A stretch of 64,000 nucleotides of DNA, taken from positions 50,035-114,034 of the forward strand of contig JAVVEE010000001.1 of assembly GCA_032251315.1 (NCBI GenBank). The letters run 5' to 3'. The notes beneath the pieces are model-generated. The model did no database searches. It was not told the origin of the DNA and saw only the letters and a list, made by a program, of their open reading frames with translations. The stretch comes from Gammaproteobacteria bacterium (GTDB lineage Bacteria; Pseudomonadota; Gammaproteobacteria; SZUA-229). Positions 29,496-40,081 of this stretch are shown here, piece after piece (the first letter of the stretch is position 1; each line of letters begins with the position of its first letter). The position numbers and the translations under genes were made by a program.

Positions 29496-29921
29496 GTGAA
29501 CCAAAGCAACATTGCCACCATTATGGCCATCGACTATGGCCAAAAGCGCATCGGTATCGCCTCGGGCCAGACTATCACTGGCTCGGCTTCGCCCATCACC
29601 ACACTCAATCAGATTAATGGTACGCCCGACTGGGCGGCGCTGGCAGAGCTGATCGGGCAATGGCAGCCGCAGGCACTTATCGTCGGCATGCCCTACTATC
29701 TTGATGGCACGGAAAACGACATGACCAGAATCGTCGACCGGTTTTGCCTTGAGCTGGAGCAGCGCTTCGCCCTGCCCGTTTACAAAATCAACGAAGCCCT
29801 GAGTTCCTACGAGGCCGAAGCCCTGCTGAAAAAAAACACCAAAATAGGCAAGCACAACAAGCATGAGATTGATAAAATGGCGGCCGCAATCATCGCGCAA
29901 AGCTGGCTTGATCAACAATAA
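29496..29921 (+). CDS. ruvX: Putative pre-16S rRNA nuclease / Holliday junction resolvase-like protein RuvX (YqgF)
   Basis: 141 aa; …IMAIDYGQKRIGIASG… RNase H-like motif; GTG start (or internal ATG at 29523). Confidence 0.8.
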   Translation: MNQSNIATIMAIDYGQKRIGIASGQTITGSASPITTLNQINGTPDWAALAELIGQWQPQALIVGMPYYLDGTENDMTRIVDRFCLELEQRFALPVYKINEALSSYEAEALLKKNTKIGKHNKHEIDKMAAAIIAQSWLDQQ

Positions 29922-29942
29922 ATAATAGCAGTCACTTCACTT

Positions 29943-30440
29943 ATGGAAGAAATTGCCCCACCGGAAACGCTTCTGGAAAAACTGGCCGAACAACTGAAAA
30001 AGCTGATCAGTCAACGCGCCATTGATCAGCCCCTGATGGTCGGCATTCACACCGGTGGCGTCTGGGTCGCCAGGGCCCTGCATCAGAAACTCGCTCTGGA
30101 AGAACCGCTCTACACGCTTGACATCAGCTTTTATCGAGACGACTTTTCCCGCATCGGCATGAACCCTCAGGTCAGGCCTTCGCAACTCCCCGCTCAAATT
30201 GATGATCGCCATATCATTCTGGTCGATGATGTCCTGCACACCGGGCGCACCATTCGGGCGGCGATGAATGAGATTTTCGATTATGGCCGCCCTGCCAGCA
30301 TCACCCTGGTCTGCCTGATCGAACGCGATGGCCGGGAGCTGCCCATTCAGGCCGATGTAGTCGGCCAGCATCTGCACCTAAATGAAGACCAGCACATCAA
30401 ACTCACCGGTCCTGCACCCCTGGAGTTTGTGCTCGCGTGA
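29943..30440 (+). CDS. pyrR: Bifunctional pyrimidine operon regulator / uracil phosphoribosyltransferase PyrR
   Basis: 165 aa; PRTase motif …[16 protein letters not shown]…. Confidence 0.85.
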   Translation: MEEIAPPETLLEKLAEQLKKLISQRAIDQPLMVGIHTGGVWVARALHQKLALEEPLYTLDISFYRDDFSRIGMNPQVRPSQLPAQIDDRHIILVDDVLHTGRTIRAAMNEIFDYGRPASITLVCLIERDGRELPIQADVVGQHLHLNEDQHIKLTGPAPLEFVLA

Positions 30441-30461
30441 TAACCTCTACAGGCATAAAAC

Positions 30462-31490
30462 ATGGTCAATAAAGCAAGCCGACCCACCGATTCCCTGATC
30501 GGGCACGATGCCTGGAATATCCAGCTGGACGAAAATGGCCGGCTCAAACATTTTCTCACCGTTGAAGGGCTGAGCACGGAGCTGCTTGTCAGCATCCTCG
30601 ACACCGCCGAAAGTTTCGCCAACATCAATGCCCAGAGCGTTAAAAAAGTACCTCTGCTGCGAGGCAAAACCATCGCCAACCTGTTCTTCGAAGCCAGCAC
30701 CCGAACCCGCAACACCTTCGAGCTGGCGGCTAAACGTCTCTCTGCTGACGTGCTCAACGTCAACATCAGCACCTCGGCGACCAGCAAGGGCGAAATCCTG
30801 ATGGATACCCTGCAAAATTTGCAGGCCATGCAATGCGACATGTTCGTGGTCAGGCATAACGCCTCCGGTGCCGCCCACTATATCGCCAACCGGGTGGCAC
30901 CGGGCATCAGCGTTATCAACGCCGGTGACGGCAGCCATGCCCATCCCACGCAGGCGATGCTGGATATGTTCACCATCCGCCGTAACAAGGGCAATGATTT
31001 CGGTCGACTGCGCGTGGCGATCATCGGTGATGTGCTGCACTCGCGCGTGGCCCGCTCCCAGATCCATGCGCTCAATATCCTGAACACCGGCAACGTTCGC
31101 GTTATCGCCCCCAAAACTCTGGTGCCAGCGGGCATCGAAGACATGGGGGTCGAACTGTTTCATGACATGGAAGCCGGTCTTCGTGATGCCGATGTGGTGA
31201 TCGCACTACGCTTGCAGAAAGAGCGCATGCAGGGCGCGCTCCTGCCCAGTGAGCAAGAATATTATCGAATGTACGGTCTCACCCGGGAACGGCTGCGCCT
31301 GGCCAAACCCGATGCCATTGTGATGCATCCCGGGCCGATCAATCGCGGCGTGGAAATCGAATCCTGCGTCGCCGATGGTCCGCAATCGGTCATTCTCGAG
31401 CAGGTTACCAACGGCATCTCCATCCGCATGGCGGTAATGTCGATGGCGCTGGGACGCGACCCCGGCACTGTCCAGAGTGAAAAAGCATGA
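30462..31490 (+). CDS. pyrB: Aspartate carbamoyltransferase catalytic subunit
   Basis: 342 aa; carbamoyl-phosphate binding STRTR and …HPTQAMLD… motifs. Confidence 0.9.
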   Translation: MVNKASRPTDSLIGHDAWNIQLDENGRLKHFLTVEGLSTELLVSILDTAESFANINAQSVKKVPLLRGKTIANLFFEASTRTRNTFELAAKRLSADVLNVNISTSATSKGEILMDTLQNLQAMQCDMFVVRHNASGAAHYIANRVAPGISVINAGDGSHAHPTQAMLDMFTIRRNKGNDFGRLRVAIIGDVLHSRVARSQIHALNILNTGNVRVIAPKTLVPAGIEDMGVELFHDMEAGLRDADVVIALRLQKERMQGALLPSEQEYYRMYGLTRERLRLAKPDAIVMHPGPINRGVEIESCVADGPQSVILEQVTNGISIRMAVMSMALGRDPGTVQSEKA

Positions 31491-32770
31491 ACCGACTTCT
31501 GATCAAAAACGGCCAACTTCTCGACCCCGCCAGCGGGCTCAATGCGCGCGGCGATCTCTACATCGAGAATGGCTGCATTGCCGCCATCGATACCGCGCCG
31601 GAAAATTTCAGTGCGGATCAGACCATTGACGCCGAAGGGCTCACCGTCATTCCCGGCCTGGTCGATCTGTGTGCGCGCCTGCGTGAACCGGGCTATGAAT
31701 ACAAAGCCACCATCGAGAGCGAAACCATCGCCGCGGCCATGTCCGGCATCACCACGCTGTGCTGCCCGCCCGACACCGATCCGGTTATCGACGAACCGGC
31801 GGTGGTTGAGCTGATCAATCACAAAACCGCCCACGCCGGCCACAGCAATGTACTCATGCTGGGCGCGCTCACCACCGGTCTGAGAGGTGAACTGCTGAGC
31901 GAAATGCAGGCACTGAAAGTCGCCGGCTGTGTCGGGCTGAGCAATGGCAGACATCCGATCGCCAGCACGCTGGTACTGAAGCGCGCTTTTGCCTATGCGG
32001 CCAACTGCGGTTTAACCGTTTTTATCGAGCCCGATGACCACTGGCTGAGCGCCGGCGGCTGCGCCCACGAAGGCACCATTGCCAGCCGCCTCGGCCTGAA
32101 GGGCATTCCGGTTTCCGCCGAAACCGTGGCCCTCGCCCGAGCGCTGGAAATTGTCGCCGAAACCGGCGTTAAGGCACATTTTGGACGACTTTCCTGTGCC
32201 GCCAGCGTCAACATGATTCGTCACGCCAAGGATAACGGCCTGAATATCACTGCTGATGTCAGCGCGCATCAGCTGCACCTCACTGAATTTGACATCAGCG
32301 GCTTCAACAGCGCCTGCCATGTGCTGCCGCCACTGCGTAGCCGGCGTGATCAGGAGGCGCTGCAACGCGGACTTGCCGATGGCACGCTGGATGCCATCTG
32401 CTCCGACCACCAGCCCCACGAGCCGGACGCCAAAGAGGCTCCATTCGCCGGTACCGCGCCGGGCATCAGCGCGCTGGCGACACTGCTGCCACTGGCGGTG
32501 CGCCTGGCGGATCGGGGCATTGTCGATATTGAAACGGTGATTCGCGCCATTACTTCGGCACCGGCGGCTATTCTGGGCATAAACGCGGGTTCACTGGCGA
32601 CGGGTGCGAGCGCGGATATCTGCATATTCAACCGCGATGCCGGCTGGCAGCTGGATGCATCCAGCCTCCACGGCGCCGGCAAGAACTCGCCTTTTATGGG
32701 CTGGGATTTTCAAACCCGGGCGGAACATACCATTGCCGCCGGCATCCTCATTCACAGCCGCGCCGACTGA
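31487..32770 (+). CDS. pyrC: Dihydroorotase-like protein (PyrC'-type)
   Basis: 427 aa amidohydrolase fold; pyrR-pyrB-pyrC' order as in Pseudomonas; overlaps pyrB stop. Confidence 0.8.
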   Translation: MNRLLIKNGQLLDPASGLNARGDLYIENGCIAAIDTAPENFSADQTIDAEGLTVIPGLVDLCARLREPGYEYKATIESETIAAAMSGITTLCCPPDTDPVIDEPAVVELINHKTAHAGHSNVLMLGALTTGLRGELLSEMQALKVAGCVGLSNGRHPIASTLVLKRAFAYAANCGLTVFIEPDDHWLSAGGCAHEGTIASRLGLKGIPVSAETVALARALEIVAETGVKAHFGRLSCAASVNMIRHAKDNGLNITADVSAHQLHLTEFDISGFNSACHVLPPLRSRRDQEALQRGLADGTLDAICSDHQPHEPDAKEAPFAGTAPGISALATLLPLAVRLADRGIVDIETVIRAITSAPAAILGINAGSLATGASADICIFNRDAGWQLDASSLHGAGKNSPFMGWDFQTRAEHTIAAGILIHSRAD

Positions 32771-32828
32771 ACAGTCGGTACCTCAGCGTAAAATCGGGGT
32801 CATTTAGATACTCGACAGCCTCCGGGAC

Positions 32829-33968
32829 TCAGGATTTTTTCTCATTCGCTGGCAAACTGCTGGGGAATTGCAGGGTGTCCGAGGTCTCACTTGAGCCCTT
32901 CGATTCCACCCCGCCGCCAAAATTGATCTTCCATTCGAGATCGCTGCTGGAATCCGCATTGGCCAGTGCGACCTTGAGATCAATTCGATCCTGCTTATAC
33001 AGCTGATACAGCGACTGATCAAAAGTTTGCATGCCGGCCTCACCGCTTTTCTCCATGGCGGCTTTAATGCTGTGAAAATCACCCTGGCGAATCAGACTGG
33101 CAATATAGGGCGTGTTGATCATGACCTCCACCGCCGCCACGCGCGTACCATCAAGCGAGGGCACCAGACGTTGCGCCAGAATGCCATTCAGATTGAGCGA
33201 CAGATCCATCAATATCTGGTTGTGCGCATCATTCGGAAAAAAGTTCAGAATACGATCCAGAGTTTGGTTGGCGTTAGTGGCGTGCAGGGTCGTCAGGCAG
33301 AGATGGCCGGTATCGGCATAGCGCAGCGCCGCCTGCAAGCCGTTGCGGTCACGGGCCTCACCCAGCATAATTACATCGGGCGTTTCACGCATGGCTTCGC
33401 GCAATGCGTTATCGAAGGAGAGCGTATCCAGCCCGATCTCCCGTTGCCCCACCACCGACTTTTTGTGCCGAAACATAAACTCAATCGGATCTTCGATAGT
33501 CAGAATATGCCCGGTTTCATTGCCGTTGCGATAGTCAATCATGGACGCCAGCGAGGTCGACTTACCCATGCCCGTGGCACCCACCACCAACACCAGCCCT
33601 TTTTTCCGGCTGATCATGGTTTTGTACAGATCGGGCAGACCCAGATCTTTCAGCGTTGGAATATCCGAACGGATATAACGGATCACCATCGAGACTTCAC
33701 CGCGCTGCATGTAGACATTAACGCGGAAGCGTCCGAGATCGGTGTAGGACATGCCCAGATTCATCTCCAGATTCTTTTCAAAATCCTGAATCTGGGCCGG
33801 TGTCAGCAGGTCATAGGCCAGCTTCTTGGTCATGCCGGGCGTCAGCATACTCTTGCCGACCGGGCGCATGGTGCCTTCAATGCGAATACTCACCGGCGCA
33901 CCGGTGGTGAAATAGAGATCCGAAGCCTGCTGTTCGGACATCAGTTTAAGATACGGCTGTAGATTCAT
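32829..33968 (-). CDS. PilT/PilU-family pilus retraction ATPase, divergent PilU-like paralog (third in a tandem array)
   Basis: 379 aa; atypical Walker A GATGMGKST; Walker B DVIMLGEARD; His-box GHLCLTTLHATNANQ; more divergent than the adjacent PilU. Confidence 0.8.
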   Translation of the reverse strand: MNLQPYLKLMSEQQASDLYFTTGAPVSIRIEGTMRPVGKSMLTPGMTKKLAYDLLTPAQIQDFEKNLEMNLGMSYTDLGRFRVNVYMQRGEVSMVIRYIRSDIPTLKDLGLPDLYKTMISRKKGLVLVVGATGMGKSTSLASMIDYRNGNETGHILTIEDPIEFMFRHKKSVVGQREIGLDTLSFDNALREAMRETPDVIMLGEARDRNGLQAALRYADTGHLCLTTLHATNANQTLDRILNFFPNDAHNQILMDLSLNLNGILAQRLVPSLDGTRVAAVEVMINTPYIASLIRQGDFHSIKAAMEKSGEAGMQTFDQSLYQLYKQDRIDLKVALANADSSSDLEWKINFGGGVESKGSSETSDTLQFPSSLPANEKKS

Positions 33969-33989
33969 TAACGCAACTCCCGCAGCCGA

Positions 33990-35162
33990 CTACCTGAGTC
34001 GGCCCGCTGATTGTTCAGATGGGTCTTCCGCCATTTGCAGCTTGTCCAGTCCGCTCATCAGATCCTCTTTTTTGGAACCCTTGCCTTCCAGCTTGAACTT
34101 CAGCCTCAGGTCGTTCAACGAATCGGCATTGCGCAGGGCGTCTTCATAGCTGATCTTGCCCGCTTCACTCAAAGTGAACAGGGCCTGATCAAAGGTCTGC
34201 ATGCCCTGTTCATTGGACTTGGAGATCAGCTCTTTCATTTCGTGAACCTGCCCCTTGAAAATCAGATCTGCCATGAACGGGGTATTGATCATGACCTCTA
34301 CCGCTGCGATGCGTCCTTCTCCGGAAATGGAGGGGATCAGTCGCTGCGAGATCAGGCTCTTCAGGTTCAGGGAGAGGTCCATCAGTAACTGCTGACGACG
34401 CTCCTCGGGGAAAAAGTTGATAATGCGATCCAGCGCCTGATTGGTGCTGTTGGCGTGCAGGGTTGACAGGCACAGATGCCCGGTCTCGGCGAAGGCAACC
34501 GCATATTCCATGGTCTGGCGATCACGAATTTCACCAATCAGAATCACATCCGGTGCCTGACGCAGGGTATTCTTCAGCGCCACTTCATAACTCTCGGTAT
34601 CCACGCCCACTTCGCGCTGGGTGACAATGCAGTTACGATGGTTATGGACAAACTCGATAGGATCCTCGATGGTGATGATATGGCCTTTGCTGTTCTCATT
34701 GCGGTATCCCACCATGGCGGCCAGCGAGGTCGACTTACCGGAACCGGTCGCCCCCACAAAAATTACCAGACCACGTTTGGTCATGGCGATCTCTTTCAAT
34801 ACCGGCGGCAGGTTCAGCTCGTCAAATTCGGGAATGTCCGACTGGATTCTGCGCAGCACCACGCCCACCGAACCGCGCTGAGCAAAGGCGTTGACACGGA
34901 AGCGGGAGACACCCGGCAGACTGATGGCAAAATTACATTCCTGCGTGGCTTCAAATTCGGTGGACTGCTTGTCGTTCATGAGCGAGCGCACCAGCATCTG
35001 GGTATGCTGCGGACTCAATGCCTGATTAGACAGAGATTCCATAGCACCATCAACCTTAATCGATGGCGTCGCCCCCGCGGTGACGAACAGATCCGAGCCG
35101 CCTTTCTGCACCATGGTGCGTAGAAGATCGTGCATATATCGTATAGCTTTATCGCGATCCAT
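33990..35162 (-). CDS. pilU: Type IV pilus ATPase PilU
   Basis: 390 aa; near-identical motif spacing to P. aeruginosa PilU (…KRGLVIFVGATGSGKSTSLAAM…GHLCLSTLHAN…); the start may be the internal Met at 35135. Confidence 0.9.
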   Translation of the reverse strand: MDRDKAIRYMHDLLRTMVQKGGSDLFVTAGATPSIKVDGAMESLSNQALSPQHTQMLVRSLMNDKQSTEFEATQECNFAISLPGVSRFRVNAFAQRGSVGVVLRRIQSDIPEFDELNLPPVLKEIAMTKRGLVIFVGATGSGKSTSLAAMVGYRNENSKGHIITIEDPIEFVHNHRNCIVTQREVGVDTESYEVALKNTLRQAPDVILIGEIRDRQTMEYAVAFAETGHLCLSTLHANSTNQALDRIINFFPEERRQQLLMDLSLNLKSLISQRLIPSISGEGRIAAVEVMINTPFMADLIFKGQVHEMKELISKSNEQGMQTFDQALFTLSEAGKISYEDALRNADSLNDLRLKFKLEGKGSKKEDLMSGLDKLQMAEDPSEQSAGRLR

Positions 35163-35212
35163 CTTAGAGATTACCTCATGTTTTTTTGTTTAACCAGGCG
35201 TGCGACAGCCTC

Positions 35213-36247
35213 CTAGAAATTATCCTTGTTCGCCGCTTTCTTTCTGGCTTCGTCTTTATTGATCAAGCCTTTTGACAGCAGCTCCTGCAGGTTCTGGTCC
35301 AGGGTCTGCATGCCGATCGACTGCCCGGTCTGAATCGCCGAATACATCTGGGCGATTTTATTCTCTCGAATCAGGTTGCGAATCGCCGGCGTGCCAATCA
35401 TGATTTCGTGCGCCGCGATGCGACCGCCACCCACTTTCTTCAACAGGGTCTGGGAAATAACCGCCCGCAAAGATTCGGACATCATGGCTCGCACCATCTC
35501 CTTCTCTGCTGCCGGGAACACGTCCACGATACGGTCAACGGTTTTTGCGGCTGAACTGGTATGCAGCGTACCGAAGACCAGATGCCCGGTCTCCGCTGCC
35601 GACAATGCCAGCCCGATGGTTTCAAGATCGCGCATTTCGCCCACCAGAATCACATCAGGATCTTCACGCAAAGCTGAACGTAACGCATCGGCAAAACCGA
35701 GTGTATCACGATGCACCTCACGCTGATTGATCAGCGATTTTTTGCTTTCATGCACAAACTCAATGGGATCTTCAATGGTCAAAATGTGGCCATAGTGGTT
35801 TTCGTTAACATAGTTGACCATGCCCGCCAGTGTGGTCGATTTTCCCGATCCTGTCGGCCCGGTCACCAGCACGATGCCACGCGGGGTATTGGAGATATCT
35901 TCAAAAATCTTCGGCGCGCCCAGCTCTTCCAGAGACAGAATTTTGGAGGGAATGGTACGAAAAACCGCACCCGCGCCCCGGTTATGATTAAAGGCGTTGA
36001 CACGAAAACGGGCCAGTCCGGGAATCTCGAACGAGAAGTCGGTTTCCCAGTACTCCTCAAAGGTCTTGCGCTGTTTATCGTTCATGATGTCATACACCAT
36101 GCTGTGAACGTCTTCGTGCTCCATCAGATCAACATTAATACGTCTGACATCACCATCGACACGGATCATCGGTGGCAGGCCTGCCGACAGGTGTAAGTCA
36201 GAGGCCCCGTTTTTGACACTGAATGCCAGAAGTTGTGCAATATCCAT
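35213..36247 (-). CDS. pilT: Type IV pilus retraction ATPase PilT
   Basis: 344 aa; nearly collinear with PilT of Pseudomonas (MDIAQLLAFSVKNGASDLHLSAGLPPMIRVDGD…GPTGSGKSTTLAGM…AIRNLIRE…). Confidence 0.95.
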   Translation of the reverse strand: MDIAQLLAFSVKNGASDLHLSAGLPPMIRVDGDVRRINVDLMEHEDVHSMVYDIMNDKQRKTFEEYWETDFSFEIPGLARFRVNAFNHNRGAGAVFRTIPSKILSLEELGAPKIFEDISNTPRGIVLVTGPTGSGKSTTLAGMVNYVNENHYGHILTIEDPIEFVHESKKSLINQREVHRDTLGFADALRSALREDPDVILVGEMRDLETIGLALSAAETGHLVFGTLHTSSAAKTVDRIVDVFPAAEKEMVRAMMSESLRAVISQTLLKKVGGGRIAAHEIMIGTPAIRNLIRENKIAQMYSAIQTGQSIGMQTLDQNLQELLSKGLINKDEARKKAANKDNF

Positions 36248-36485
36248 CAATTCCCCCGGATGTTTCTATTTTCTTTTAGTGACCCGATCAGCATGGCTGA
36301 ATCAGATCGGATCGCTGAATGTGTATACCCTACTACTTATAGCCAATAAATCTCCGCCCTTCACGTTATTTAACGGTCTTTATCGGAAAATCTTTTATCA
36401 TCGGCTAATGCGGTTTCGCTGGCTATGTTAGAATTTTCATTTAAACAAGCACTTACTAACCTGCATCGGAACTGAAATTAATCAA

Positions 36486-37319
36486 ATGAGCACATCAATC
36501 GCTTTTATTGGTGGTGGCAACATGGCCACCAGCCTGATCGGAGGCCTGATATCGTCCTCAGCGTCGGCGGCGAGCATCATGGTGGCTGAACCGGACCAGG
36601 TACAGCGCAGCCGTTTGCAGCAGCAGTTTGCTGTTCACACCACTGCGGATAACAGCGACACGCTCAATGCCGACGTAGTGATACTGGCGGTCAAACCTCA
36701 ACTGTTGCAAATAGTGTGCCGAGCACTCCGCGAAACGCTCAACCAGTCCGCTCGGCAACCCCTGTTTATCTCCATTGCCGCCGGTGTCCGCAGTGACGAC
36801 ATCGATCGCTGGCTGGGAGGCGATCGCGTTATTGTGCGCGCCATGCCCAACACCCCCTCCCTGCTGGCTTCGGGTGCCACCGGGCTTTATGCCAACCCGC
36901 GCGTGAGCGCCGCCCAGAAAACAGTGGCGGAAACCATTCTGCACGCTGTCGGCATAACGCTATGGGTCGACAAAGAGGACGAGCTGGATGCGGTGACCGC
37001 GGTCTCGGGGAGCGGCCCGGCCTATTTTTTCCTGCTGATGGAAGCCATGCAGCAGGCGGGCGTCAGGCTGGGTCTGGCCCCTGAAACCGCTGAAAAACTG
37101 GTTATCCAGACCGCGCTGGGTGCCGCGCAGATGGCCGAACATAGGGAACTGGATGTCGCCACCTTGCGCGCCCAGGTCACCTCCAAAGGCGGCACCACCG
37201 AACAGGCCATCAACCATTTTCAGCAGGCTGGTTTCGAACAGCTGGTGGAGAGTGCCATGCAGGCGGCCTATGACCGCTCCCGAATTTTGGCTAACGAACT
37301 GGGTAAAGATCAATCATGA
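36486..37319 (+). CDS. proC: Pyrroline-5-carboxylate reductase
   Basis: 277 aa; Rossmann IAFIGGGNMA… and ProC C-terminal dimerisation domain. Confidence 0.9.
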   Translation: MSTSIAFIGGGNMATSLIGGLISSSASAASIMVAEPDQVQRSRLQQQFAVHTTADNSDTLNADVVILAVKPQLLQIVCRALRETLNQSARQPLFISIAAGVRSDDIDRWLGGDRVIVRAMPNTPSLLASGATGLYANPRVSAAQKTVAETILHAVGITLWVDKEDELDAVTAVSGSGPAYFFLLMEAMQQAGVRLGLAPETAEKLVIQTALGAAQMAEHRELDVATLRAQVTSKGGTTEQAINHFQQAGFEQLVESAMQAAYDRSRILANELGKDQS

Positions 37320-37870
37320 ACTACGATAATCCTCTTGTCTTTCTCTTTAACACACTGTTCGATATTTATATCGCCATTGTCATGCTGCGTTTTCTGCTAC
37401 AACAGGTCGGGGCGGACTTCTACAACCCCCTTTCACAGTTCATTGTCAACGCCACTCAGAAACCGGTGCTGTTGAGTCGACGCCTTATTCCCAGCGTACG
37501 CGGCATTGATCTGGCCACGCTGGTGCTGGTGCTGCTGCTGATTGTGATCAAACTGAGTCTTCTGCTGGCACTGAGCGGTGTTGCCCCTGCTCCGGTCGCA
37601 TTGCTCGTTCAGAGCCTGTATGACCTGATTTCGCTGGTTTTCAATATATTCTTTTATGCCATTATCGTGCAGGCGATTCTCAGCTGGGTGAACCCCGATC
37701 CCCGCAACCCGATCTCCGGCCTGCTAAGCAGCCTGACCCGACCCATTTTGCGCCCCATCAGAAGCCGTTTGCCGCTGATGGGTGGCCTGGATCTTTCTCC
37801 GGTGGTGGCGCTGATCGGCCTGACTTTTATCAAGCTGACGCTGCTGTCTGTTTTTCAGGCGCTGTTTTGA
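37316..37870 (+). CDS. yggT: YggT family inner-membrane protein
   Basis: 184 aa; two YGGT repeats; four TM; overlaps proC stop. Confidence 0.75.
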   Translation: MNYDNPLVFLFNTLFDIYIAIVMLRFLLQQVGADFYNPLSQFIVNATQKPVLLSRRLIPSVRGIDLATLVLVLLLIVIKLSLLLALSGVAPAPVALLVQSLYDLISLVFNIFFYAIIVQAILSWVNPDPRNPISGLLSSLTRPILRPIRSRLPLMGGLDLSPVVALIGLTFIKLTLLSVFQALF

Positions 37871-38172
37871 CGCCGATGTTTTACCAGTGGCAGGACGACA
37901 ATCTGATCCTTAATGTACGCATACAACCCCGCGCCGCCAGTGATGCCTTCGCCGAGTACAACGATGAACACATCAAAATCCGCATTACCGCACCACCGGT
38001 TGACGGCAAGGCGAATAAACACCTGATCGCCTACCTGGCCAGGGCCTTCAAGGTGGCCAAATCCGGCATCCGGCTGCTCTCCGGAAAAACCGGGCGCAAC
38101 AAGCGCCTGCTAATCCAGCAGCCTAAAATGCTGCCCGACGTCATTGGCCGGCACATGGCCTCTACAACTTAA
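37867..38172 (+). CDS. yggU: DUF167 protein (YggU family)
   Basis: 101 aa; …LILNVRIQPRAASD…IKIRITAPPVDGKANK… signature. Confidence 0.75.
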   Translation: MTPMFYQWQDDNLILNVRIQPRAASDAFAEYNDEHIKIRITAPPVDGKANKHLIAYLARAFKVAKSGIRLLSGKTGRNKRLLIQQPKMLPDVIGRHMASTT

Positions 38173-38242
38173 TTTTACCTTGCAGCGATTGAAACCCTAT
38201 ACTCTAATATTTAGACTTGCCGAAAAGTAGGCTCAAGCACCC

Positions 38243-39388
38243 ATGCCAGATTCCATACCCTCCGATTCCGTCGGCATCGTCGCCACAAAAACGCTGCATT
38301 TTTCAGAGCCGCTCGAACTCGAATGCGGCAAAACCCTGTCGCAATATGACATCGCCTACGAAACCTACGGCGAGCCCAATGCAGCGGGCAGCAATGCGAT
38401 TCTGATTTGCCACGCCCTCTCCGGCGACCAGCATGCCGCCGGCTACCATTCGATGCAGGACAAAAAACCCGGCTGGTGGGACAGCAGTATCGGCCCCGGA
38501 AAACCCATCGACACCAACCATTTTTATGTCGTCTGCATCAACAATCTGGGCAGCTGCAAGGGCTCCAGCGGCCCCAACACCAAAATACCCGGCACCGACA
38601 AATACTGGGGTCCGGATTTCCCCATCGTCACCGTCCGGGACTGGGTCAACAGCCAGCACCGGGTGATGCAGGCGCTCCACATCAGCCACTGGTGCGCGGT
38701 CATCGGCGGCAGTCTGGGCGGCATGCAGGTGATGCAATGGTCGATTGACTATCCCGACCTCATCCACTACGCGCTGGTGATCGCCGCCGCCTCCAAGCTG
38801 TCTGCCCAGAACATCGCCTTCAACGAAGTCGCCCGCCAGTCCATCATGTCCGACCCGGATTTTCACAACGGCCACTATCTGGAAAATAACAGCGTGCCGC
38901 GCCGGGGACTGATGCTGGCCAGAATGCTGGGGCACATTACCTATCTTTCGGATGATTCGATGCGCGAGAAATTCGGCCGGGAATTGCGCGAAGGCAAACT
39001 CAGCTTCGGCTTCGATGTGGATTTTCAGGTGGAGAGTTATTTGCGCTATCAGGGCACCTCATTCGTGGATCGGTTTGATGCCAATACCTATCTGCTGATG
39101 ACCAAGGCGCTGGACTATTTCGACCCGGCCAGCGAACACGGTCACGACCTGGCGGCGACCCTCAGCAGGGCCACGGCGAAATTCCTGGTGATCTCCTTCA
39201 CCTCAGACTGGCGCTTCGCCCCCGAACGCTCACAGGAAATTGTCAGGGCGCTGCTCGATGCCCGCAAGCAGGTCAGTTATGTCGAGATCACGGCGCACCA
39301 TGGCCACGACGCCTTTCTGATTCCTATTCCCCATTACATGAACATATTTCACAGCTACATGAAAAGCATCCGCGAGGCTATTCAATAA
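38243..39388 (+). CDS. metX: Homoserine O-acyltransferase MetX (alpha/beta hydrolase)
   Basis: 381 aa; nucleophile elbow GGSLGG; metX-metW pair. Confidence 0.9.
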   Translation: MPDSIPSDSVGIVATKTLHFSEPLELECGKTLSQYDIAYETYGEPNAAGSNAILICHALSGDQHAAGYHSMQDKKPGWWDSSIGPGKPIDTNHFYVVCINNLGSCKGSSGPNTKIPGTDKYWGPDFPIVTVRDWVNSQHRVMQALHISHWCAVIGGSLGGMQVMQWSIDYPDLIHYALVIAAASKLSAQNIAFNEVARQSIMSDPDFHNGHYLENNSVPRRGLMLARMLGHITYLSDDSMREKFGRELREGKLSFGFDVDFQVESYLRYQGTSFVDRFDANTYLLMTKALDYFDPASEHGHDLAATLSRATAKFLVISFTSDWRFAPERSQEIVRALLDARKQVSYVEITAHHGHDAFLIPIPHYMNIFHSYMKSIREAIQ

Positions 39389-39993
39389 TGCGCGCCGACC
39401 TTGCCATCATTGCCGAATGGATCAAACCCGGCGCATCGATCCTGGATCTGGGCTGCGGCGACGGCACCCTGCTGAAATACCTGCGCGACCATCAGCAGGT
39501 GCACGGCATCGGCCTGGAAATTGATGAGCGCAACATAGAAATCTGCCTCAGCAATAATCTGAACATCATTCAATCCGACCTGAACAACGGCCTGCAAGAC
39601 TATTTCTCGGACAACAGTTTCGACTACGTCATCATGAGCCAGACCCTGCAGGCCACCGTCCACCCGGAAAAACTCATCGAAGAGATGCTGCGTGTGGGCA
39701 GGGAGGGCATCGTCACCTTCCCCAACATGGCGCACTGGAGGGGACGCATGCAACTGGCGCTGGGCGGTCACATGCCGGTCACCAAAAGCCTGCCCAATCG
39801 CTGGTATGACACCCCCAATATTCATCTGTGTACAGTGCAGGATTTTGAAATTTTATGCCGCGAACGAGGCATAAAAATCCTGGAGCGGACTTTTGTCGAC
39901 CATACCCGCAGTCGCAGCTCGCTGCTGATGAAACTATTTCCGAACTTATTCAGTGAAATAGCACTCTATCGTTTCTGCAACAGCCACAGATGA
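39388..39993 (+). CDS. metW: Methionine biosynthesis protein MetW
   Basis: 201 aa; SAM-MTase-like …ILDLGCGDGTLL…; overlapping start with metX stop. Confidence 0.85.
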   Translation: MRADLAIIAEWIKPGASILDLGCGDGTLLKYLRDHQQVHGIGLEIDERNIEICLSNNLNIIQSDLNNGLQDYFSDNSFDYVIMSQTLQATVHPEKLIEEMLRVGREGIVTFPNMAHWRGRMQLALGGHMPVTKSLPNRWYDTPNIHLCTVQDFEILCRERGIKILERTFVDHTRSRSSLLMKLFPNLFSEIALYRFCNSHR

Positions 39994-40081
39994 TAACTCT
40001 GTCAGCGCCCGATATACTGCGTTTTCGCTATCATCCTGTTAAGATTGCTGCCTAAATGAACAGTCCATTAAGCAATACTCC

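Noticed and set aside
29217-29918. 233-aa minus-strand ORF antisense to yqgE/ruvX
   Set aside because: Shadow ORF; the sense-strand genes have clear conserved motifs.
30447-31954. 238-aa and 230-aa minus-strand ORFs antisense to pyrB and pyrC'
   Set aside because: Shadow ORFs in GC-rich coding sequence.
33027-36196. Plus-strand ORFs (311, 215, 161 aa) opposite the three pilT/pilU genes
   Set aside because: Antisense to highly conserved ATPase genes; His/Gln/Arg-rich nonsense-like translations.
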